A stretch of 64,000 bases of DNA from Sedimentisphaerales bacterium (GCA_963708075.1 OY970194.1:6432001-6496000), one strand, 5' to 3'. Numbered from the stretch's first letter, positions 51,006-62,021 are shown. Numbers and translations: made by a program. The notes: generated by a model from the sequence alone, not told the origin.

Positions 51006-52742
51006 TTATTTTTCCGGCGACATACTGGCCTGATTCGTTCCGCCATAGGCGCCGAGATTGATGCGGCCGCCGTTGGGCATTGGCTCCTGCCCGACGGATG
51101 TGCTCGGGTCGCCCGCGTCAATGCAGGGGCTGGTCGTGGTGTCCTGGATCCATGTCTCTGAGATCGGGTCCCATCGGCCCGCCTGCGACATCAGGTGGTA
51201 GTCGCCGTCTGTCCAGATGGTCGCAGGATCCGCAAGCCACCACGCCGTGCTCGAGTCGGCAGGAGCGGCCCAGTAGCCGGGCAGAGCGAAACCGGGGTCA
51301 GCACTGGAATTGCCTGTGCCCGGCCATCCCCCTGCCACCGCTGTATAGGAAACAATGAATTGGTCCGAGTCGGTCGCCTGGATCTGCGATGGCTCATTCC
51401 CCCATACAATACAGTTGGACAACGTTGCACCACTGCCCGAGAGAATGATGCCGGCCCCCAGCTCGCCGGCCCAATTGTCCGCGATTGTGCAGTTGATGAA
51501 TGCCGCGTTGCTGCGCTTGCAATAGACTCCGCCTGCGCCGCTGGTGTCCGCACTACGATTGCCGACAATGAGACAGTTGGCGATGGTGGGACTGCTGTCC
51601 ACACACATGATGCCTCCGAACCGTCCCCTGCCACCGGTAATCACCAGGCCACACAGAACGGTGTCCCGATTTTCCCACCCCGTGCAGTTGACGACGACCC
51701 CTCTGCCTTGGGCATCGATCACAGGCCAACCTGCAGTACCGAGATCGCCTGCATTCAGACCGTTCACCTCGATGGCCTTGCCCAGAAAGTCGATCGCCTC
51801 ATGGTAGGTCCCCGGCCGGACCATAATCTTGGCTCCTCTCTTTGCTACATCGATGGCCTCTTGAACGCAGTCGAAGGGGTGTTCGATTTTGCCATTCTCC
51901 TGGGGATCGCTAACGTTGGGATCGCCCGGAAGAGGATCCTCGGGGCCATCATCGTCGACATAGAGCGTGTCCAGAGTGCTCTCAAAATAGGCATGGACGC
52001 CGTAATCGCTTCGCATCGTAATCAGATCTGGATTCGAATCGAAAAATATGCTTCCCCGCCAGCCGACAAACTTGTATCCGGGGGCCGCCTTAGCTTCGAG
52101 CAGAACCTCCGTTTGGTCCGCATACTGGAAAGTCCCCTCACCCGGGGAGAGGACAATGCCGCCGGCCAGGGCAGAGATCGTCAGTGTTCGGATGGGTTCA
52201 GGCGAACCGGGCGGCAATCCCGGGGTTCCACTGACATAGAATTCCAGATAGTCAACGATATAGCCATCAGTACCGTCTCCAATGAGGCTGAAGACAGCTT
52301 CACCATCGTAGAGATAGTCTTTGTATGGCGTCAGATCGATTGTCGCTCCACGAACCACGTGCCTGGTCGTCTGCTCCCAGGGGTACACATCAGGGAATCG
52401 GAAGGCCGTCCTGACCCCATCGATCCACAGATACCCAGGCCGGCTTTCCGGCCAGTCGACATACTGTACAAACAGGGAACACGATCCGATGTCTGAAAAC
52501 GTAGGATACGTGAATCGGAAGGTCCGCTGCGCCCAGGCCCAGACAATGCCTTGGTCTGTGCCATCCCCATCCGGCACGCCCCAGTCGGATCGTACCACCA
52601 CGTCCCCCGGCACAACGGGAGTCGCCCCGTTGAATCCGTCGTCGTCGCCAATCCTGTACGTGTACGAGGCCGCCCGACAAGGCTGCACCGCAACCCCAAG
52701 GGATACCGCAAAGAACAAGCAGACAATCGTTACATTCCTCAT
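51006..52742 (-). CDS. Secreted protein with a B-repeat-like domain and a right-handed beta-helix
   Basis: RBS AAGGAGG; signal peptide; SPGEG.F.Y..GYKFVGW; IDFLGKAI; NCTIADN; SPCIDAGDP..RINLGAYGGT. Confidence 0.85.
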   Translation of the reverse strand: MRNVTIVCLFFAVSLGVAVQPCRAASYTYRIGDDDGFNGATPVVPGDVVVRSDWGVPDGDGTDQGIVWAWAQRTFRFTYPTFSDIGSCSLFVQYVDWPESRPGYLWIDGVRTAFRFPDVYPWEQTTRHVVRGATIDLTPYKDYLYDGEAVFSLIGDGTDGYIVDYLEFYVSGTPGLPPGSPEPIRTLTISALAGGIVLSPGEGTFQYADQTEVLLEAKAAPGYKFVGWRGSIFFDSNPDLITMRSDYGVHAYFESTLDTLYVDDDGPEDPLPGDPNVSDPQENGKIEHPFDCVQEAIDVAKRGAKIMVRPGTYHEAIDFLGKAIEVNGLNAGDLGTAGWPVIDAQGRGVVVNCTGWENRDTVLCGLVITGGRGRFGGIMCVDSSPTIANCLIVGNRSADTSGAGGVYCKRSNAAFINCTIADNWAGELGAGIILSGSGATLSNCIVWGNEPSQIQATDSDQFIVSYTAVAGGWPGTGNSSADPGFALPGYWAAPADSSTAWWLADPATIWTDGDYHLMSQAGRWDPISETWIQDTTTSPCIDAGDPSTSVGQEPMPNGGRINLGAYGGTNQASMSPEK

Positions 52743-52942
52743 GATGCCCTCCTTTTTCAAAACCGCAATTATCTCTGCGCGGCCGCACGTGCTCCGCTCT
52801 GTGGTGTGTCCCATCCAGTGGGCATGCCGCCAACCGTCCCCCATTGTAGGCTTGCCGAGTGACAATTGCAACAAAAACCGCAGGCAATTTTCCGCCCCCG
52901 GCCTGTGGTAATTCCGGGGCTCGGGCGGTGCGTATGGGACTG

Positions 52943-53182
52943 CTATTGCGGCAAAGGGGCGGCGTCGATGGTCAGGGCAGAGTTGGGATCGACGAGGCCG
53001 GCCTCGATCAGCGAGACCGATGCGGCGTCGGAATCCGGGCTGTTGCTGTCGGAAACCAGCAGCAAGGCCTGGCTGTTTTCGAGCTTCAGGACCTCCGCCG
53101 ATGCCGTTGGGGACAGGCACAGGAGCAGGGACAGGACTGACAGGGGGACGAGGTACTTCAGGACTTTCGTGCTTCTCATCAT
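52943..53182 (-). CDS. Small secreted hypothetical protein (79 aa)
   Basis: RBS AAAGG; basic N-terminus, hydrophobic core and ASA cleavage motif. Confidence 0.55.
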   Translation of the reverse strand: MMRSTKVLKYLVPLSVLSLLLCLSPTASAEVLKLENSQALLLVSDSNSPDSDAASVSLIEAGLVDPNSALTIDAAPLPQ

Positions 53183-53748
53183 ATACCTTTGCTTACCGGC
53201 CGATCCGTCAGCGCACACTAACTCCAGTGCTCTCTCAACTTATCCTTTGCCGGCATCCAGGTGCCATACAGGGGCATCTCCTCCATGAGCCTCCGGGCAT
53301 CGATTCTATAACCTCCCGCCGTGCGAGTCAAACATTTCAGTTTTGTAGGGTGTGCATCGCACACCGATCCTCTTTCGAACTGCAAAAGACGCGAACCACC
53401 GAGAAGATCACCTCACGCAGGGACGCCGAGACGCAGAGGATGGAAGGAAGAAACGTAGAAAAGTGAGGCCTCCGCAATCCGCAATCCGCAATTCAAACGC
53501 CCCTCGCCCCGCCCCGACCACAACCGATCCACAAGGCAATGAATAATGAAGACACGCCCCCAAACCCTTAATTGTTAATTTGAGGGCTGACCCTCTTATT
53601 GCCCCACGGTGGGATCCGCCCACCGATTCCAATTCTTTACCACGAAGGACGCGAAGACCACACGAAGGATTCCGCAGAAGTGGCGTACCCCTTTAGTTCT
53701 CTAAATGAGGATTTACACCGACCGTCTAGTGCTGGTATATTGCCCACC

Positions 53749-56559
53749 ATGCCACTGTCATGGAATGAGATTCGTCAGCGTGCCATCGTCTTTAGCAAAG
53801 AGTGGACGGACGTTACGCGCGAAGCCAGCGAACGTCAAACGTTCTGGAACCACTTCTTCTACGTCTTCGGCGTCCGCCGACGCACGGTCGCCACCTTTGA
53901 GGAACCGGTCAAAAAACTCTCGGGCGATTGGGGCTTCATCGACCTGTTCTGGCCGGGCAAGCTGCTTGTAGAGCACAAGTCTCGCGGCGGGGACTTGGGC
54001 AAGGCTCATGCGCAAGGTATGGACTACATCCGTGGACTCAAAGATAGCGGGCGCGACCGCGAGATTCCGCGTTGGCTGATCGTCTCGGATTTCGCACGCA
54101 TCGCCGTCCATGATCTTGAGCCAGAACAAGACCCTAACGCGCCCCTGTTCAAGCGTCTGCCCCCGAGTGTCGAATTCCCGCTGGCCGATTTCCACAAATA
54201 CATTCGTCATTTCGCATTCATTCCCGGCTACACTTATCATAAGCTCAACGCCGAAGATCCCGCCAATCTAGAAGCGACGCAGCTCATGTGCGACCTGCAC
54301 GATGCCTTGGAAGCAGGCGGCTATACTGGGCATGCACTCAAGCGATTTCTTGTTCGGATACTCTTCTGCCTCTTTGCGGAGGACAACGGCATCTTTCCCC
54401 CTAACGCCTTTGAGTTGTTTATCCGTGAGCGTACGGCGGAGGATGGCTCGAATCTTGGCGTCAGCATTGAACATTTCTTCCGCGTCCTGAACACTGAGAT
54501 CCCGCGACGCCAGCACAACCTCGACGAGGACCTTAGCCAATTGCCGTATGTCAACGGTGACCTGTTCGCTGAGCATCTCGACTTCGCCGAATTCAACAGT
54601 GACATGCGCAACCGGCTGCTTGCGTGCTGCGGTTTCCACTGGGAAGCTATCTCGCCTGCGGTCTTTGGTTCGCTCTTCCAAGCGGTCATGGACAGCAAGG
54701 AACGCCGACAGATCGGCGCGCATTACACAGCCGAGAAGAACATTCTCAAACTCATCCGCTCCCTGTTCCTCGACGAACTCCGTGCTGAGTTTGAGAACAT
54801 CAAGGCCGACCGCTCCACGCGCCGTATCAGGCGTCTGGAAGACTTCCACGAGAAACTCGTTAAGCTCCGTTTCTTTGATCCAGCTTGTGGCTGCGGCAAT
54901 TTCCTCGTCCTAACGTATCGCGAACTCCGCAGACTGGAACTCGAAGTCCTTGTTGAGCTTCAGGGCCCGCAGCGACATTTGTCGCTTGACGACGTTTACC
55001 GGCTCTCCAAGCTGGACGTCCACCAGTTCTACGGCATTGAGATTGAAGAATTCCCGGCGCGCATCGGCGAGGTCGCGCTGTGGTTGACCGACCATCAGGC
55101 CAATGCCGCGATTTCGGAGGCATTCGATCAGTCTTATGACCGCTTGCCATTACGTTCATCCCCGCACATACACGTTGGCAACGCCCTCCGTATGGACTGG
55201 CGAGAAGTGATTCCGCAAGAACAATGCTCCTATATCCTCGGTAATCCACCATTTGTAGGAAAGCACTTGCTGACGGACGAGCAAGATGCGGACATGGAGC
55301 TTGTCTGGGGTGATACTGCGGGTACGGGAGTGCTCGACTACGTGACGGCGTGGTACCGGCACGCCGCTGAATACATCCAGGGCACGCGAATCCGGGTGGG
55401 CTTTGTCTCCACGAATTCAGTCTCGCAAGGCGAGCAAGTTGGGGCACTCTGGCAACCGCTTTTTCGGGAATACGGCCTGAAAATCCAGTTCGCTCACCGC
55501 ACATTTGCATGGGAGAGTGAAGCGCGGGGCAAGGCGCATGTCCATGTGGTCATCATTGGTTTTGGCGCGTTTGACACTAGCGGCAAACGCATCTATGATT
55601 ACGGAGAGGACCCTGAGAAGGCTATGGTGAGCACGGCAGGCAACATCAGCCCCTACCTTATCGAGGGGCCAGATGTCGTCATTACGTCGCGCAGTAACCC
55701 TATCTGCCAAGTGCCGGAGTGCACATATGGCAACAAACCGACTGATGGTGGCCACCTCATCATTGAAGAGGAGGAGCGGAGAGGGTTCCTGGAAGAAAAC
55801 CCAGAAGCTGAGAAGTTCATCCGTCCGCTCTTATGCGCCGACGAATACCTTCACTCAGTTCCGCGTTGGTGTCTGTGGCTTGTCGATGCGTCGCCATCAA
55901 AGACTCGGTCCATAGCGGGAATCAAGAAGCGTGTCGAGGCAGTTCGGGCCTTTCGCCTTGCCAGCAAGAAGAAAGCGACGCGTGAAATGGCAGACCAGCC
56001 CACAGTATTCGCGGAAATCAGACAGCCGACATTTCGCTTTGTTGTCGTCCCACAGCACACATCGCAGCTACGACGCTATATTCCATTCGGCTACTTCCCT
56101 CCAGACTACATTGTCCACAACAGTTGCTCCGCGATACCAGACGCCACGCTCTATCATTTTGGTGTCTTGTCATCTGAGATGCACATGGCTTGGGTCAGAA
56201 CAGTCTGCGGTCGCATCAAGTCTGATTATCGGTATTCAACGAATCTCGTCTATAACAACTATCCTTGGCCGCGGACACCGACGGACAAGCAGCGAGCGGC
56301 GGTGGAAGCGGCCGCGCAGGGGGTTTTGGATGTGAGGGCCAAGTACCCGGCCTCGACCTTGGCCGACCTTTACGACCCTTTGACGATGCCGGGCCCGCTA
56401 CTCAAAGCCCATCAATCGCTCGACCGCGCTGTAGATCGCTGCTATCGGAAAGAACGTTTCGAAAGTGACCTCCAGCGTGTCGAATACCTCTTCGCCCTCT
56501 ACGAGAAGATTACAGCCCCCTTACTGCCGACGGCTAAGTCGAAGAGGAAACGCCGGTAA
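53749..56559 (+). CDS. MmeI-family Type IIL restriction-modification enzyme
   Basis: MPLSWNEIR start, IDLFWPG..VEHKS, GAHYT, DPACGCGNFL, GNPPF, LADLYDP..MP. Confidence 0.92.
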   Translation: MPLSWNEIRQRAIVFSKEWTDVTREASERQTFWNHFFYVFGVRRRTVATFEEPVKKLSGDWGFIDLFWPGKLLVEHKSRGGDLGKAHAQGMDYIRGLKDSGRDREIPRWLIVSDFARIAVHDLEPEQDPNAPLFKRLPPSVEFPLADFHKYIRHFAFIPGYTYHKLNAEDPANLEATQLMCDLHDALEAGGYTGHALKRFLVRILFCLFAEDNGIFPPNAFELFIRERTAEDGSNLGVSIEHFFRVLNTEIPRRQHNLDEDLSQLPYVNGDLFAEHLDFAEFNSDMRNRLLACCGFHWEAISPAVFGSLFQAVMDSKERRQIGAHYTAEKNILKLIRSLFLDELRAEFENIKADRSTRRIRRLEDFHEKLVKLRFFDPACGCGNFLVLTYRELRRLELEVLVELQGPQRHLSLDDVYRLSKLDVHQFYGIEIEEFPARIGEVALWLTDHQANAAISEAFDQSYDRLPLRSSPHIHVGNALRMDWREVIPQEQCSYILGNPPFVGKHLLTDEQDADMELVWGDTAGTGVLDYVTAWYRHAAEYIQGTRIRVGFVSTNSVSQGEQVGALWQPLFREYGLKIQFAHRTFAWESEARGKAHVHVVIIGFGAFDTSGKRIYDYGEDPEKAMVSTAGNISPYLIEGPDVVITSRSNPICQVPECTYGNKPTDGGHLIIEEEERRGFLEENPEAEKFIRPLLCADEYLHSVPRWCLWLVDASPSKTRSIAGIKKRVEAVRAFRLASKKKATREMADQPTVFAEIRQPTFRFVVVPQHTSQLRRYIPFGYFPPDYIVHNSCSAIPDATLYHFGVLSSEMHMAWVRTVCGRIKSDYRYSTNLVYNNYPWPRTPTDKQRAAVEAAAQGVLDVRAKYPASTLADLYDPLTMPGPLLKAHQSLDRAVDRCYRKERFESDLQRVEYLFALYEKITAPLLPTAKSKRKRR

Positions 56560-56660
56560 CAGTGGGACAACGAACACGGTTACAGCGGGGACAGCTACCT
56601 ACTAACGGCTCGAATAACTGGGGATGGCCACGGATTGGTTAAGATGGAGAAGACAGCGAA

Positions 56661-57383
56661 ATGGAAAAGGCACAGTCCAAGGGTGAGCACTTCACAAACA
56701 CCGTCACCCTCCTCGCGGCGCTCATAAGTCTGATCATAAGCATCATAGGCACACTTGGGGGCATGACTCCTGGAGTCCAGAGGGTCGTGCTGCCTTCAAC
56801 CATTATCATAACAGTGTGTTGCGTCTTCGCGGTGTTCGGACAAACAGGTGTTACGACGGTGAGGACGGTGGCAAAGGCCATCAGGCACCGTCGCCTCGTT
56901 CCCAGGTACTTCGACCGGTTCAGAGTGTTCGTCGACAGACTCCAGCCACTGTGTGATCGATGCCATTGTGATAGCATTCCATCTGTCCTGCGCAATTTTC
57001 CGCCGCTGCTGAGCGGCACTTTCGCGGATTTGCCAATCCAGAGCCATCTCGCGGACCTCGCAGGGACCCTGAGCTTTATGGCAAGCACGTCGCCACGAAC
57101 AAAAAGAAATCTCGTGTTATCGGTGAAGTGGTTTGATTCGGTTCTGCTCATGTATGATCGACAGTGTATCTCTGAACCCGCGAAGCAGATTCGCCTCTCC
57201 CTGGATCGGGGAATCGATGCGCAGAAGAAGCCACAGTGTGACCACGTAATGCGAGAATACCAGAAGGTCAAGCTTGGCTACGTCATGTTCCGAGAACAAT
57301 ATGCGGAGTTCGCGAGGGACATCAACAAGGCATTTGGTGAACCCATTGCACGAGAATACTACGACAAACCAGACGAGCTTTGA
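56661..57383 (+). CDS. Hypothetical membrane protein (two N-terminal TM segments)
   Basis: 240-aa ORF with GGAG RBS and atypical codon usage; no recognised motif. Confidence 0.6.
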   Translation: MEKAQSKGEHFTNTVTLLAALISLIISIIGTLGGMTPGVQRVVLPSTIIITVCCVFAVFGQTGVTTVRTVAKAIRHRRLVPRYFDRFRVFVDRLQPLCDRCHCDSIPSVLRNFPPLLSGTFADLPIQSHLADLAGTLSFMASTSPRTKRNLVLSVKWFDSVLLMYDRQCISEPAKQIRLSLDRGIDAQKKPQCDHVMREYQKVKLGYVMFREQYAEFARDINKAFGEPIAREYYDKPDEL

Positions 57384-57394
57384 AAATCAAGAGG

Positions 57395-58264
57395 GCGGGA
57401 ATTCCGGTGACACATTACTTTATTCGAGGCCACGATATGGGGCTCCAGAGCTTTACATAGGAGATCGGTGGGCATAGCCCATCGTAGCGGCTCTGGCCGA
57501 AGCCGTGTCCCGCCCTTCATCAGCGTTTATCAGCGTTCATCGGCGGTTGCATTTCCTCTGCGTCCCAGCGTCTCAGCGCGAGACGATCAGTTATTGTCAG
57601 TTCTCATTTATCAGTTCCCAGTCTGAAATCGGTGTATATCTGCGGCGGAAGGAGGGTTGATGGTTGCTGGTTGATATCTGTTGTGGGTTTCTCCGTGGTC
57701 TGCGTGTCTCCGTGGTGAGGAAAGACAGTTCTCGGTTGGCGGTTCCCAGTTGAGAATCTGCGAAAATCGGCGAAATCTGCGGATGATGATCAGTAGTCGG
57801 TAGCCGGTAGTCGGTTGTCAGTTGAAAGACTGGATTCCTGCCATCGATCAGGTCGGGGGGGGACCTTTCGCAGGAATGACAGAGTCGGTATCGGCATCAG
57901 TCGGCGGTTCCGGGGCTCGGGCTTCGCGGTTGAGAGCCGTCAAATGAATCTGGATTCCCGATCGGGTCGGGAATGACATGCGAGGGGCCTTTTTCGCGTA
58001 GTTCGCGGTTGATGATCAGTGGGCAGTGGAACAGGGATCAGGGGGATTGTGCGAAACAAAGCCAATTGATGGGGGTCGGGACCTGTGGGACGAGGGACGG
58101 GGTGAGGTGGTTCCCGCGTCGCCCGCCCCTGCGGCCTTGCCCCGGCGTCCTGCGCGAAACAAAGCCAATTGATGGGGGTCGGGACCTGTGGGACGGGGAT
58201 CGGGGTCGTGCGAAACAAAGCCAATTGGTCCTGGCGGACAGGTGGTGTGCGGTGCACACCCTAC
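57395..58264. repeat. Left arm of a long mosaic inverted repeat
   Basis: Blocks 57467-57530, 57772-57929 and 57951-58011 match the reverse complement of blocks in 60282-61097. Confidence 0.85.
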
Positions 58265-58830
58265 GAGACTCCCCACCGTTGTTGTGTCGTGCAGGATCAT
58301 TCTCCCACATGAGGGGGGTATTTGCAAGTGTCGGGCCGGAGGCGCGATCAGCCTCCTGGCGGCTCGGGAGGGATGAGCCGATGATCTGTTGACCGCTCAG
58401 GCGGTCGAGACGATCGATCAGGCCCGTCAGATCCCGCAATACTACGAGAGCGAGGGGCGTGGTCGGCTTTCGGTGGCGGATCCGAGCCTCGGTGTAGGAC
58501 GGGCGTCCTCGCTCGTTCCCCTTTGTCGTGCGTCTTGGCACGGCGGTTTGAGCGATTGCCCGTACTCCCCAGGGGCGAACGGGGACGTTCGCCCTACGAA
58601 GAGCGGCGTGGACTGCCACCATATTCCGGCCGCTCAATGCCGGGGTGGACGGGGAGCCGGCGGGTCTCGTGGAGCCTTCCCATCTTTGGATGGCATTCGA
58701 ATCCGATAAGTGGCAGGTCCGAGAACCGAACGTGCCATGAGGCCGTACAAAACGCTAAACCGGTGCTGAGAATTGGTCGATGCCATGAGCAGTGGCGCTG
58801 TCTCAATGGTAAAATGAGCAAAAAAATCGT

Positions 58831-58858
58831 TTGACTTCGGAATTGATGAATCGATAAT
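58831..58858 (+). promoter_or_regulatory. Putative sigma70 promoter of the kinase gene
   Basis: TTGACT-16 nt-GATAAT preceded by an A tract. Confidence 0.55.
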
Positions 58859-58957
58859 GACCACCCGGTGGTGCTATTATCGGGTGTGACTGCTGGAGCC
58901 GAGTGGCCCGGCCCGGCAGCGAAAGGATGCAGCTCGGGGTCCCCCCGGCGGTAATTC

Positions 58958-60187
58958 ATGACGACGGAAACCAGTTACGATTCTCTGTTTGGCAAGTTGG
59001 CGGTAGACCAGGGGCTCTGCACGGACGAGGAGCTTCGCCGCGCGATCAAGGAGCTCAAGGAGCGCCGCAAGGTCGATCCCCTGATGCTCCAGGATTTGAT
59101 GGTCGAGTTGGGGTACGTCACCACAAGCCAGGCGGAGCGACTCAAGACCAGTATCAAAGAGAGCAAGGTCGCCGCCCAGCAGATTCCCGGCTACAAAATC
59201 ATCGGCAAGGTCGGGGCCGGCGCCATGGCCGTCGTGTACAAGGCCAAGCAGATCAGCCTCAACCGCACCGTCGCGATCAAAGTCCTGCCCCGGCGATTCA
59301 GCGAGAACCCCGAGTACGTGCAGCGCTTCTACAAGGAAGGCCAGGCCGCCGGCAAGCTCAACCACCCGAACATCGTGCAAGCCATCGACGTTGGCGAAGC
59401 AGGCGGGTATCATTACTTCGTGATGGAATTCGTTCAGGGCAAGACCATCGCCGACGACATCAACACCGGCAGGGTCTTTCCCGAGCAGGAGGCCATCGAG
59501 ATCATCATCCAGGTCTGCCACGCGTTGCAGCACGCCCACGCGCACGGCCTGGTCCACCGCGACGTCAAGCCCAAGAACATCATGATCAATGAGCAGGGCG
59601 TCGTGAAGCTGGCCGACATGGGTCTGGCCCGCGAGACGACCGACATCGAGGCCGCCCAGAGCGAGGAGGGCAAGGCCTACGGCACGCCATACTACATCGC
59701 CCCCGAGCAGATCCGCGGCAAAATCGACATCGACGGCCGGGCCGACATCTACGGCCTCGGCGCCACCTTCTACAACATGGTCACCGGCCGCGTCCCCTTC
59801 ACAGGCGACGACTCCGCCGAGATCATGAAAAAGCACCTCAAGGAAAAGCTCGTCCCCCCCGACCACATCAACACCTCCCTCTCCGCTGGCGTCTCCGAAG
59901 TCATCGAGATCATGATGGCCAAGCACCGCGAGGACCGCTACAAAAACGTCGAGGAAGTCCTCCTGGACCTCGAAGCCCTCCGCGAGGGCCACGCCCCCCT
60001 CCAGGCCCACAAACGCTTCGACGTCTCCATGCTCGAACAACTGGAGCAGGGCGACGTGGTCGAGCCGGAAGAAGTCGGCGATGTCAACGAAGTGATCACT
60101 CGTTACCGCCTCACCGTCATCGTCCTCGCCGCCGTCACCGCGATCTCCGTCCTGGCCGTGATCGTGCTCTTAGCCCTCCGCCGCTGA
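58958..60187 (+). CDS. Hanks-type Ser/Thr protein kinase with a C-terminal TM anchor
   Basis: GAGAMAVVY, VAIK, HRDVKPKN, DMG, GTPYYIAPE, DIYGLG. Confidence 0.93.
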   Translation: MTTETSYDSLFGKLAVDQGLCTDEELRRAIKELKERRKVDPLMLQDLMVELGYVTTSQAERLKTSIKESKVAAQQIPGYKIIGKVGAGAMAVVYKAKQISLNRTVAIKVLPRRFSENPEYVQRFYKEGQAAGKLNHPNIVQAIDVGEAGGYHYFVMEFVQGKTIADDINTGRVFPEQEAIEIIIQVCHALQHAHAHGLVHRDVKPKNIMINEQGVVKLADMGLARETTDIEAAQSEEGKAYGTPYYIAPEQIRGKIDIDGRADIYGLGATFYNMVTGRVPFTGDDSAEIMKKHLKEKLVPPDHINTSLSAGVSEVIEIMMAKHREDRYKNVEEVLLDLEALREGHAPLQAHKRFDVSMLEQLEQGDVVEPEEVGDVNEVITRYRLTVIVLAAVTAISVLAVIVLLALRR

Positions 60188-60225
60188 TCCCCACGTCGCC
60201 AAACCTGTACCGCGAAGGCTCATTC

Positions 60226-61131
60226 AACACGGATTGCACAGATTCACACGGATTTCCAACGAATAACCAGCAACTCCCTTCCAACCGCGAGTCACGCGAA
60301 AAAGGCCCCGTGCATGTCATTCCTGCGAAAGCAGGAATCCAGGTCTTTTCCGATCCAGCCGCAGAGAACACCGAGCCCCCGGAGAAGGGACGCGACCCGG
60401 GCTACCCCCGCAATCGTAAATCAGAAATCGTAAATCACAAATGCAGAGGCCCCCGACCCCTGTCCCACTGACAACTGCTCATCCCCGGTCCGGCAGGACA
60501 AATTGGCTTTGTTTCGCACGAGTACCCTCGCGCCCTTCGCTCCGCATTCCGCATTCCGCACTCCGCATTCCCAAAGCCACCCAACTCTCCCAGGATTGGC
60601 TTTGTTTTGCAGAATCCGCCCCCGCCCTCGACCCCGCCATGTCATTCCCGACCCCCGATCCAACGTCGTAGGGTGGGTTCTCAACCCACGCGTTCAATGC
60701 TTGCTTGCCGCCCGCGAAGCCCGAGCCCCGGCACCGCCGACTGATGCCGATACCCACTCTGTCATTCCTGCGAAAGGCCCCCCTCGACCTGATCGAGGGC
60801 AGGAATCCAGTCTTTCAACTGACAACCGACTACCGACTACTGATCATCATCCGCAGATTTCCGACCGAGAACTGCCAACTGCCCACTGACAACTACTTCG
60901 GCCACAGAGAAAACGAAACCGCAGACGCCGTCCTGAGCGGGGCCGAAGGATAAACGCCGATGAACGTGCATTTTGAACTGGGAACTGGCCACTGAGAACC
61001 GTCAACTGTTTATCAACCGCAGACAAACCCAGATGAACGCCGATGAAGGGCCGGCACATGGCCACGGCGAGAGCCGCTACGATGGGCTATGCCCACCAAT
61101 GCCTATCATAGACGTCCGCGGAATTCCCCCA
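60226..61131. repeat. Right arm of the long mosaic inverted repeat
   Basis: Counterpart of 57395-58264; also 7-nt runs (TCCGCAT, AAATCGT) and REP hairpins. Confidence 0.85.
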
Positions 61132-61310
61132 TAAGCTTTTACCTGACAACCATTAATCCTTATCTCGCAATGACTTACGGCTTCGCCATTCGAACTGAAG
61201 ATCTGTATGCGCCGGTTCAGGTATAATCAGCGTGATGACGATGACCGTGCTTTGAGGGCAGTACGTGAGCATGCCCAGGGATTGGGTTGCACGTTAGGAG
61301 ACGCGGAATC

Positions 61311-61676
61311 ATGGGAGCGACAATTCGACAACAACAAGGTGACGTGTACGTGATGCGGATTACGGGGTTGCTGAGAAAATCCGAGTTGGATGCTCTGCAG
61401 GCCTCGGCGGCCAAGATGCTGGACTACGATCCCCTGTTACGCGTCAGACTGTTGATTCTCCTGGAGACGTTCGAAGGATGGGAACGCAACCCCGACTGGG
61501 GCGACATGAGCTTCTACGCCGACTATGGCGACAAGATTACCAGGATTGCCATCGTTGGCGACCCAAAATGGCAAACGGAGTTCGAGATGTTCACAGGAGC
61601 AGGATTTCGCCCGGCGCCCGTCAGATTCTTCCCTTCGGACCAACTCCAACAGGCTCGCACATGGTTGGCTGAATAG
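61311..61676 (+). CDS. STAS/SEC14 (SpoIIAA-like) protein
   Basis: FEGWE..W.D..F...ITRIAIVGD.KW...VRFF....A..WL. Confidence 0.85.
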   Translation: MGATIRQQQGDVYVMRITGLLRKSELDALQASAAKMLDYDPLLRVRLLILLETFEGWERNPDWGDMSFYADYGDKITRIAIVGDPKWQTEFEMFTGAGFRPAPVRFFPSDQLQQARTWLAE

Positions 61677-62021
61677 GTAGGCGGCGGGAATCCAGATTCC
61701 TTGAACCACGGAGGACACGGGGACCACAGAGAAAACGAAACCGCAGATGAACGCTGATATTCAAACCGCGAAATACACGAGCCGCAACACGTTCTGTACT
61801 CTGCGTCCCTGCGTCTCTGCGCGAGACCTAATTCTTGTGGTTTCAGTAGCTTACGTGTCACCCTCTCGAAGAATCTGCGCAAGAAAACAAGATCCCAACA
61901 AGTAGTAGTACGAAGACTTCACTGTTCTGATCCCCCCTTAAAGATTAGAATAGGAGCTGACCCTCGCCGTCCTCTTGAATATGATTGAACAGGTTAATGC
62001 GGCGACAGCAGGAGCAGGTCT

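Noticed and set aside
58049..58230. Possible mini-CRISPR array
   Set aside because: Periods are irregular (103 and 56 nt), the spacers resemble each other, the repeat is non-palindromic and no cas genes are present.
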